This document shows positions 27,164-34,636 of a stretch of DNA of 59,170 nt, in pieces. Below the pieces are notes generated by a model, which saw only the letters and a program-made list of their open reading frames with translations, was not told the DNA's origin and made no database searches. The DNA is from Bacteroidota bacterium (GTDB taxonomy: Bacteria > Bacteroidota > Bacteroidia > Cytophagales > Cyclobacteriaceae): NCBI GenBank assembly GCA_049324355.1, contig JBMOKS010000511.1:1-59170 (forward strand), written 5' to 3'. The position numbers and the translations under genes are program-made. Positions within the stretch are counted from its first letter, which is position 1, and each line of letters opens with the position of its first letter.

Positions 27164-28726
27164 TTATTGCAGGCTAGGCTTTCCCTTTTTTACCTGTAAT
27201 TTTTTTCCAAGATGTTCGCGATCGTCGGGTGTTGCGAGTGTCTCGATATAATACCATTCTGCTTTTGCGTCGTTCGGACTTAGCGTCAGCAGCAGGTATC
27301 CATGGTCACGTTGGTTGATATACTTCAGATGAGGATTGGCCTTCATCAAATCACTCTCGCCGGTTTTAACGGTATCGTCGGTAGTGTATTCATTCCAGTT
27401 GGATGACGATATGCTGGTGACACCAAACTCTACTGCCAGGGCGCCTTGTGAGTTTTTCTTATTATACGTTTTTGCCGCGTCTACTGCGACTTCAAAGCCC
27501 CAGGACCCGTGCGTATCGCCGGAAAGGATGATCAGGTCTTCAATTCTGTTGTCGACAATGAATTTCGCGATACGTTTTTTTTCCACAGGATAGCCGTCCC
27601 AGCTGTCGAGGTTTTTAGGAGTATCCGGAAACGCAATGGATTGATCAAGGTCTGAGAAGATCACCTGGTTGCCGATCACTTTCCATGTGCTTTTAGAATT
27701 CCTGAGCTCATTTTCAAACCAGGAAAGTTGTTCCTGACCTAACATGGTATGCTCTTCGCTACCGAAAGTTGGATCTGAAATACTGTCGAGTTGGCGAGTT
27801 CTGCCCTCCAGCCGCTCATCCAGCATGATCACATCCGCAAGATTTCCGTAGTGAAAGGCGCGGTAGTGCTTCGCGTTTTCACGAATAGGTATCCATTCAT
27901 AATAGGCTTGCCGGGCCGCTTGTTTCCGCGCATTGAAATCCCCTTCTTTATCGGGCTGATGATTTTGGGCGCCTGTCGCATAAGTATTGTTGGCTACTTC
28001 ATGGTCATCCCAGATGGTGATAAATGGATGTTTCATGCGTGCGTGGCGTAGCCCCTTGTCGAGATGATATTGAGAATAACGTGTTCTGTAATCCTTAAGG
28101 GTTACGATTTCGTGGGCAGGTAAATTCTTCCGGTCGAGTTTTTTATTTCCATAAACGCCGGTGCCATATTCATAAATATAGTCTCCGAGATGCAATACAG
28201 CATCGACATCTTTTCCCGCTATCCGGTCGTAGGCATTAAAATAGCCGAATTCCCAGTTAGCGCAACTTACAATGGCCAGCCTGATGCTATCGCGATCACC
28301 AACCGGTGCTGTTTTGGTTCTTCCGGTGGCCGAGGTTTTTCCTAAAGCTGAGAACCGATAGTAGTAAAAACGATCGGGCTGCAACCCGCGCACGTCGACC
28401 TTCACGGTGTAATCCCGGGAGGGAGAAGTAGTGACGGAATCAGTTAACACTGGTTTAGAAAAATTTTCATCCTCGGCTACCTGCCAGGCAACGGTTATCT
28501 CACTTAGGGAATCTTCGGGCGTTACGCGGGTCCAGATGATCACACCGTCTGAAAGAGGATCTCCCGAGGCAACACCATGGTAAAACGGCATCAGAGTGGA
28601 GTCGTAAAGACCAGATACCAGCTCGGAGAACTTCTGCAATTCATTTTTCTTTTCTTGTGTGCATGAAAGGAGAATGAAACTAAGAGATAGAAAAGAAACA
28701 AAACCTGCGTAAAGGACCTTCTTCAT
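27164..28726 (-). CDS. phoD: Alkaline phosphatase D family (lipoprotein)
   Basis: FYHGVASGDP, HLGDYIYE, WDDHEVANN, WDGYP and SGDTH motifs; LLSC lipobox. Confidence 0.95.
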   Translation of the reverse strand: MKKVLYAGFVSFLSLSFILLSCTQEKKNELQKFSELVSGLYDSTLMPFYHGVASGDPLSDGVIIWTRVTPEDSLSEITVAWQVAEDENFSKPVLTDSVTTSPSRDYTVKVDVRGLQPDRFYYYRFSALGKTSATGRTKTAPVGDRDSIRLAIVSCANWEFGYFNAYDRIAGKDVDAVLHLGDYIYEYGTGVYGNKKLDRKNLPAHEIVTLKDYRTRYSQYHLDKGLRHARMKHPFITIWDDHEVANNTYATGAQNHQPDKEGDFNARKQAARQAYYEWIPIRENAKHYRAFHYGNLADVIMLDERLEGRTRQLDSISDPTFGSEEHTMLGQEQLSWFENELRNSKSTWKVIGNQVIFSDLDQSIAFPDTPKNLDSWDGYPVEKKRIAKFIVDNRIEDLIILSGDTHGSWGFEVAVDAAKTYNKKNSQGALAVEFGVTSISSSNWNEYTTDDTVKTGESDLMKANPHLKYINQRDHGYLLLTLSPNDAKAEWYYIETLATPDDREHLGKKLQVKKGKPSLQ

Positions 28727-28822
28727 TTGTATAATTTTTTTTCTAAGCTAATTCTAAAGATTGAAAAAGTCATTAGCTATTCATGAAGAACCTTTTATGA
28801 GAGTGTTTTAAAAGTTAAGAAT

Positions 28823-28830
28823 TAGATTTG
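28823..28830 (+). promoter_or_regulatory. -7 promoter box (TAGATTTG) for the SMR gene
   Basis: TAnnTTTG 18 nt before ATG 28849. Confidence 0.5.
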
Positions 28831-28848
28831 AGTATTAAATAAACTGCC

Positions 28849-29169
28849 ATGTATTGGATCTACCTCGTTATCGCGGGCTTATTTGAAGTGGGCTTTACGA
28901 CAAGCCTGAAATTATCTGACAATTTTTCGCACCGCTGGTGGTCGGCGGCTTTCTTTATTTCAATCTATCTAAGTTTTCATTTTCTCAACAAGGCCATTCA
29001 AAGTATTCCCATGGGAACAGCTTACGCCGTATGGACGGGTATTGGTGCGGCAGGGACGGTTATTATCGGCATGATCTTTTTCAAAGAGCCGTCTGACTTT
29101 TGGAGATTATTTTTTATTGTGCTATTGATAGGGTCTATCCTTGGATTGAAGCTCGTGTCGTCTCATTGA
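28849..29169 (+). CDS. SMR family small multidrug/guanidinium efflux transporter (SugE-like)
   Basis: W.YL..AG.FEV (membrane Glu), IPMGTAYAVWTGIG, four TM helices. Confidence 0.92.
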   Translation: MYWIYLVIAGLFEVGFTTSLKLSDNFSHRWWSAAFFISIYLSFHFLNKAIQSIPMGTAYAVWTGIGAAGTVIIGMIFFKEPSDFWRLFFIVLLIGSILGLKLVSSH

Positions 29170-29231
29170 TTCTGTGAGGTGGAGATGAATTTTTTGCTTC
29201 TTACAAACAACAAAACTTGTTTTTTGAAATT

Positions 29232-29846
29232 TTATGCATCTTTCCATTTGATACCACAACCAATGGCTTTGGTTTTGGTAACCGGAACGGGCTTGCCGGC
29301 GACAATGGCTTCGACGGCTTCTTCTACATATTTTTTACTTACAGAAGACGGGTTGCGAGCACTGTCGTCAATGGCGCCGATGTAGGCAACTTTAAAATCA
29401 TTTCCTTCTTTCTTTAGTAGAAACACATGCGGCGTGTTGGTAGCGCCAAAGGCGCGGGCGACACTTTGAGTTTCGTCAATCAAGTAAGGGAAATCGTACT
29501 TGCTCTGTTTTGCACGATAAACCATATCATCGAACGAGTCGCCAGGTGAAACTTCAGGATCGTTTGAGTTAATGGTCACCACAGGGAAACCAACGGGTGT
29601 TAACTTTTTATTTAATGCAATGATACGCTGGTTATAGGCCTTTGAGTAAGGGCAGGTGTTACAGTCAAAGATCACAATTACACCTTTTGAATTCTTGTAG
29701 TCTGATAGCGACACCATTTTGCCATCTACGTTCTTCAACTTGAAATCCGACACGGTATCGCCAACGCCGTAATTCGGCACCATAGGCGTGGAAGCGACAA
29801 GTAAAGCTAAGCCCATGACAAGTGTAAGCGACCTCAGATATTTCAT
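29232..29846 (-). CDS. Thioredoxin/AhpC-TSA family protein
   Basis: CNTCPY, FPYLIDETQ, FGATNTPHVF, YIGAIDD and AIGCGIKW motifs; start trimmed to MKYLR. Confidence 0.92.
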   Translation of the reverse strand: MKYLRSLTLVMGLALLVASTPMVPNYGVGDTVSDFKLKNVDGKMVSLSDYKNSKGVIVIFDCNTCPYSKAYNQRIIALNKKLTPVGFPVVTINSNDPEVSPGDSFDDMVYRAKQSKYDFPYLIDETQSVARAFGATNTPHVFLLKKEGNDFKVAYIGAIDDSARNPSSVSKKYVEEAVEAIVAGKPVPVTKTKAIGCGIKWKDA

Positions 29847-29880
29847 ACAGATTGATTTTTTCGATTTAACAGTTAACATT

Positions 29881-30357
29881 CTACTGCAATTCGTCAATGA
29901 ATTTTTCAAGATCACCTTCGTGCAGCTCTTTTTCAATAAATTTTCTTTTACCGGTTTTTTGATTCACAATAATGGTTGCGGGCAATGCACCTGACCATTG
30001 CTTTTCTATTTTGTTGATCCACGAATTGGCATTTTGCTCATTGAGAATAAATACTTCTGACTGAAGATTTTTTCTCGAAATGAATTTATAAACCTTTTCG
30101 GGATCAGGATCCAGGTCCATGTCCATACTCACCAAGGCAATCTTTATACCCGGTCTACTTTCCGCGTGAAGTTTTTCGAAGAGCGGTAGCTCTTTTACGC
30201 AAGGTGCACACCAGGTGGCCCAGAAGTTAACGATTTGAATATTATCAGATTTGGTTTCGAGCAGTGCCTGCAGCCTGTTGAGCTTGATGATCTCGGCTTT
30301 TTGTGCGAGACCAGCCGAACAGACGAGCATGAATAAGATTGCTAAACTTCTTTTCAT
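29881..30357 (-). CDS. TlpA-like disulfide reductase
   Basis: VNFWATWCAPCVKELP and WSGALPAT motifs; start trimmed to MKRSL. Confidence 0.92.
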   Translation of the reverse strand: MKRSLAILFMLVCSAGLAQKAEIIKLNRLQALLETKSDNIQIVNFWATWCAPCVKELPLFEKLHAESRPGIKIALVSMDMDLDPDPEKVYKFISRKNLQSEVFILNEQNANSWINKIEKQWSGALPATIIVNQKTGKRKFIEKELHEGDLEKFIDELQ

Positions 30358-30503
30358 AAATATCAAATACGAAACAGTGAAGACCTTGGTCAAAAATATC
30401 AGCAAAAGTTAGAACCTCATCATCATGTAAGTCTACGAATAAGTAACACACAAAAGTGTTATAATTCAGACACTTAGAAAGATTCTAAAATCGGGTTAAA
30501 AAG

Positions 30504-30700
30504 ATATCCACAAAACGCATGAGTTATCCACATTACCCTAGAATTAACTGTTAAGTCACAGATAAACAGATCATTACATTAGATTTTATAAATCAATTCT
30601 TTGTGGACAACTTATGCCGGTAGGAATTATTAAAAGTTTAGACGTCAGAAATCTAATTTTAAGATATTCAGAATAATACGATTGTAAAATGTATGATTTA
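30504..30700. other. Candidate replication origin (DnaA boxes plus AT-rich tract)
   Basis: ATATCCACA 30504-30512, perfect TTATCCACA 30524-30532 and reverse TGTGGACAA 30602-30610, within a 362-bp AT-rich divergent intergenic region. Confidence 0.55.
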
Positions 30701-30719
30701 CTCTATTTTTTCAACTTCT

Positions 30720-31679
30720 ATGAACTCAAGCAATCCTCTAGTACAACTTTTTAATATCGACGTGCCTATCGTACAAGCCGGTATGGTGTGGTGCAGCGGC
30801 TGGCGGCTTGCATCGGCGGTGAGCAATGCCGGGGGGCTGGGCCTGATCGGAGCCGGTTCTATGCATCCTGAAATTCTGCAAGAACACATTCGAAAATGTA
30901 AGGCAGCTACTCAAAAACCTTTCGGCGTAAACGTGCCGCTGTTGTACCCGGAGATTGAGCGGATCATGAGCATGATCGTAGAAGAGAACGTGAAGATCGT
31001 GTTTACGTCGGCGGGCAATCCTGCGTTATGGACCCGTTTCCTGAAGGACAAGGGAATAATTGTGGTGCATGTGGTGTCAAGTGTGAAGTTTGCTAAAAAG
31101 GCCGAGCAAGCAGGCGCAGACGCCATCGTAGCCGAGGGATTTGAAGCCGGCGGACACAACGGTCGCGAAGAGACCACCACCCTGGTGCTCATCCCCATGG
31201 TTAGCGATGCGATCGGCATTCCGTTAATAGCCGCCGGAGGTATTGCCGATGGCCGGGCAATGCTGGCGATGGAGGCACTGGGAGCTGACGGAATTCAGGT
31301 CGGAAGTCGCTTTGCCGCCAGCGTTGAGTCATCGGCGCATATCAATTTTAAAAATCGGATCACCCAGGTCGCTGAGGGTGAGACCATCGTCACGCTAAAG
31401 CAGCTAACACCCGTTCGCCTGATTAAGAACAAATTTTATCAGCAAGTGCAGGAGGCAGAGAACGCTGGCGCCGATGTGGAACACCTCACACAACTTCTGG
31501 GCAAACGCAGAGCGAAACACGGAATGTTTGAGGGTGATCTGGACGAGGGCGAACTGGAGATCGGGCAGGTGTCTGCTTCGATAAAAAGGATTCAACCTGC
31601 GGCCGAGATCGTGCGTGAGATTTGGGACGAATACAATGCACTAAAAAAATCGATGTGCAATGGATTTTCGAAGAATTAA
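30720..31679 (+). CDS. Nitronate monooxygenase / FabK-like flavin oxidoreductase
   Basis: PIVQAGM, SNAGGLG, EGFEAGGH, IAAGGI and GSRF motifs; start trimmed to MNSSNP. Confidence 0.92.
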   Translation: MNSSNPLVQLFNIDVPIVQAGMVWCSGWRLASAVSNAGGLGLIGAGSMHPEILQEHIRKCKAATQKPFGVNVPLLYPEIERIMSMIVEENVKIVFTSAGNPALWTRFLKDKGIIVVHVVSSVKFAKKAEQAGADAIVAEGFEAGGHNGREETTTLVLIPMVSDAIGIPLIAAGGIADGRAMLAMEALGADGIQVGSRFAASVESSAHINFKNRITQVAEGETIVTLKQLTPVRLIKNKFYQQVQEAENAGADVEHLTQLLGKRRAKHGMFEGDLDEGELEIGQVSASIKRIQPAAEIVREIWDEYNALKKSMCNGFSKN

Positions 31680-32049
31680 GGAGACCTGCTTGTACATACG
31701 TGATCTTGAGCGCGCCAAAGAGTTTTATCACGATGTGTTAGGACTGCCGGTGATCAATTTTGCGCCTGGAAAACATTTGTTCTTGCGATCCGGTGAATCT
31801 GTGCTGCTACTTTTCAATCCGGAAGATTCTAAATTGAAAAATTCGCCACCGCCGCACTTCGGAGGAGGCAAACAACATCTGGCTTTTGAAGTACCTCGCG
31901 AAGATTACGACAAAGTAAAAAGTGAGCTAAAAAAAAAGAATATTCCTATTATTGATGAGGTGATCTGGAAGAGCGGCCAGGAATCGTGTTACTTCAATGA
32001 TCCTGAAGGAAATGTTTTAGAAATTGTGCCCGATGGTATTTGGGATTAG
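31660..32049 (+). CDS. VOC/glyoxalase family protein
   Basis: ETCLY..DLE.A..FY..VLGL, HLAF and YF.DPEGNVLEI motifs. Confidence 0.9.
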   Translation: MDFRRIKETCLYIRDLERAKEFYHDVLGLPVINFAPGKHLFLRSGESVLLLFNPEDSKLKNSPPPHFGGGKQHLAFEVPREDYDKVKSELKKKNIPIIDEVIWKSGQESCYFNDPEGNVLEIVPDGIWD

Positions 32050-32298
32050 TTTTTCGGAGGGAATAGTGACCTCTTCAACTTTTTTGGTTTCTGCCAGAGC
32101 CGGGTTGGAGAAAACGCTATTGTACCACAGGCAATAATCCTTGTACTGAATGCAACGGGAGATAACCTCGCCATCAACTAGTATTTTGATGAAAAGGTGA
32201 CGATTAAAAGTTTCTAAAATTTTTTCACGCTGCGGTTGAGGAAGTTCCGCAAACTCCACGTATTCGATCCCCTTGTAAATTTTTGAACTGATTATCAT
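32017..32298 (-). CDS. Small hypothetical protein
   Basis: 93 aa with protein-like composition (SKIYKGIEYV...LP..Q...IKIL.DG...C.QYKDY..WY); has its own AT-rich upstream region. Confidence 0.65.
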   Translation of the reverse strand: MIISSKIYKGIEYVEFAELPQPQREKILETFNRHLFIKILVDGEVISRCIQYKDYCLWYNSVFSNPALAETKKVEEVTIPSEKLIPNTIGHNF

Positions 32299-32430
32299 AG
32301 AATAGCATCTGTTGATAGTACTCAGACTTCATTTGTAACCGGGGGTTTAAGATCTTTAAGTTAAAAAAAATAATCAGTTTAATGTCAACTCGAACTTGAC
32401 ATTTTCGAATTTTGTAACTGCAAATTTTTG

Positions 32431-34524
32431 ATGCCAGGTTTTTTTGATACGCCAGTTGAATTTCTCAAAGGAGTAGGCCCTCAGCGAGCTGCATTACTTA
32501 ATAAAGAATTAAACATTTTTACTTTTGGAGATCTCATTCAGCACTACCCCTTCCGTTACGAAGATCGGACCCGCTTCTATTTAGTGAAAGAGTTGAACGA
32601 TGAAATGCCTTTTGTGCAGATTAAGGGCAGGATTACCAGAAAAGAGTTGATCGGTGCTGGTTTCAAAAAACGATTGGTTGCACATTTTACCGATGGCACA
32701 GGCGAAGTTGAACTCGTGTGGTTTCAAGGCATATCGTGGGTCTCTGAAAAAATTAAAACAGGCGTTGACTATCTCGTGTTTGGCAAACCGAGTAAATACG
32801 GAAGCCGATACAGTCTGGCGCATCCTGAGATCGAGCCACTAACGAGCTCCAACGAAAAGGGAGGATCGTTGTACCCAATTTATCCGCTCACCGAAAAACT
32901 TCGCAGCAAACACTTGGATAGTAAAACATTATCCAAACTAGTCAAGGAATTGCTGATCGCGGCACACGACAAGATTCGCGAAACACTTCCTTCTAAAATA
33001 CTGCTACAGAATAAGATGCTGGCAAAGAAGGACGCGCTCAGCCACATTCACTTTCCTTCGAGCCACGCCCTATTGGTTGAAGCACAGCGGCGATTAAAAT
33101 TCGAAGAGCTGTTTTACATTCAACTTCGCCTCATGAAAATGAAGCTGGTACGACAGGAAAAGTTCAGAGGCCTTATTTTTAATGATGCCGCTATGGTCAC
33201 TCGGTTCTACAATGACCATTTGCCGTTTTCGCTTACCGATGCGCAAAAAAGAGTGATTAAAGAAATTTATGCCGACCTGCGATCGGGAAAACAAATGAAC
33301 AGACTTTTACAAGGCGACGTAGGTAGTGGCAAAACGATCGTAGGTTTCATCTGTATGCTGTTGGCCATCAGCAGTGGAGCGCAAGCCTCGCTGATGGCGC
33401 CCACCGAAATTTTAGCTCAGCAACATTATAATAATCTGAAGCGATATGCTGACCTGATGTCGGTACCCATAGCCCTGATCACGGGTTCAACAAAAAAATC
33501 GGCGAGGAAAGAAATTCACGAGGCATTGCAGGATGGATCGTTGCAGATCCTGATCGGCACCCATGCGTTGCTCGAAGAGGAAGTGCAGTTTAAGAACCTG
33601 GGCCTTGCCATCATCGATGAACAACATCGCTTTGGAGTGGCCCAGCGATCGAAGTTGTGGCAAAAAAATCCTGACGTTTACCCGCATGTTTTAGTGATGA
33701 CAGCCACACCCATTCCCAGAACGCTGGCGATGACTTTGTATGGCGACCTCGATATTTCTACCATCGATCAACTGCCCGCGGGCAGAAAGCCGATTAAGAC
33801 CATTCACAAGTTCGATTCGCACCGCTTGCAGCTGAATCAGTTTTTAAAAGATCAGATCGCCGCGGGCCGGCAGATCTACATCGTTTATCCGCTGATTGAA
33901 GAATCGGAGAAATTGGACCTGAAACATTTGATGGATGGTTATGAAAGCATATGCCGAGCTTTTCCCGACGTGGCGGTAAGCATCGTGCACGGAAAGATGA
34001 AAGCCCACGCCAAAGACTTTGAAATGGCACGTTTTGTGAAAAATGAAACGAAAATCATGGTGGCCACAACGGTTATTGAAGTCGGGGTGGATGTGCCCAA
34101 TGCATCGGTCATGGTGATCGAAAACGCCGAACGTTTCGGTCTTTCCCAACTCCATCAACTCCGCGGAAGGGTGGGGCGTGGCGCCGAACAATCGTTTTGT
34201 ATCCTCATGACAGATTATAAGCTGAGCGCCGACTCGAAGGTGCGGATCCAAACCATGGTGCGCACCAACAATGGTTTCGAAATATCCGAAACCGATCTCA
34301 AGTTGCGTGGTCCGGGGGATCTTATGGGCACACAACAAAGCGGTGTGCTGGATTTACTGATTGCCGATCTGGCCAAAGACGGCAACCTGCTTCAGCAGGC
34401 AAGAACCATTGCGGCCGAGGTTCTGGCCGACGACCCCGAATTACAAAAACCGGAAAACAAGGTAATTCGCTTACAAATTGATTCCACACACAAAAATTCG
34501 ATTAACTGGAGCAGGGTCAGCTGA
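32431..34524 (+). CDS. recG: ATP-dependent DNA helicase RecG
   Basis: LKGVGP, RLLQGDVGSGKT, DEQHRFG, TATPIPRT, QLRGRVGRG and DLKLRGPG motifs. Confidence 0.98.
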   Translation: MPGFFDTPVEFLKGVGPQRAALLNKELNIFTFGDLIQHYPFRYEDRTRFYLVKELNDEMPFVQIKGRITRKELIGAGFKKRLVAHFTDGTGEVELVWFQGISWVSEKIKTGVDYLVFGKPSKYGSRYSLAHPEIEPLTSSNEKGGSLYPIYPLTEKLRSKHLDSKTLSKLVKELLIAAHDKIRETLPSKILLQNKMLAKKDALSHIHFPSSHALLVEAQRRLKFEELFYIQLRLMKMKLVRQEKFRGLIFNDAAMVTRFYNDHLPFSLTDAQKRVIKEIYADLRSGKQMNRLLQGDVGSGKTIVGFICMLLAISSGAQASLMAPTEILAQQHYNNLKRYADLMSVPIALITGSTKKSARKEIHEALQDGSLQILIGTHALLEEEVQFKNLGLAIIDEQHRFGVAQRSKLWQKNPDVYPHVLVMTATPIPRTLAMTLYGDLDISTIDQLPAGRKPIKTIHKFDSHRLQLNQFLKDQIAAGRQIYIVYPLIEESEKLDLKHLMDGYESICRAFPDVAVSIVHGKMKAHAKDFEMARFVKNETKIMVATTVIEVGVDVPNASVMVIENAERFGLSQLHQLRGRVGRGAEQSFCILMTDYKLSADSKVRIQTMVRTNNGFEISETDLKLRGPGDLMGTQQSGVLDLLIADLAKDGNLLQQARTIAAEVLADDPELQKPENKVIRLQIDSTHKNSINWSRVS

Positions 34525-34636
34525 ATGTAACGTTTTATGTCAGTTTTGGTGACAACCTCATTTTTTTAGAAAGATAAATCCAGATAAATTTGGTGGATCT
34601 GAACGCCCACGTTTTAAAAAGACGAGCCCACAATCA

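Noticed and set aside
28727-28848. Guanidine riboswitch upstream of the SugE-like gene
   Set aside because: Region is AT-rich with no ACGR hairpins or ykkC core, and the -7 box leaves a leader under 20 nt.
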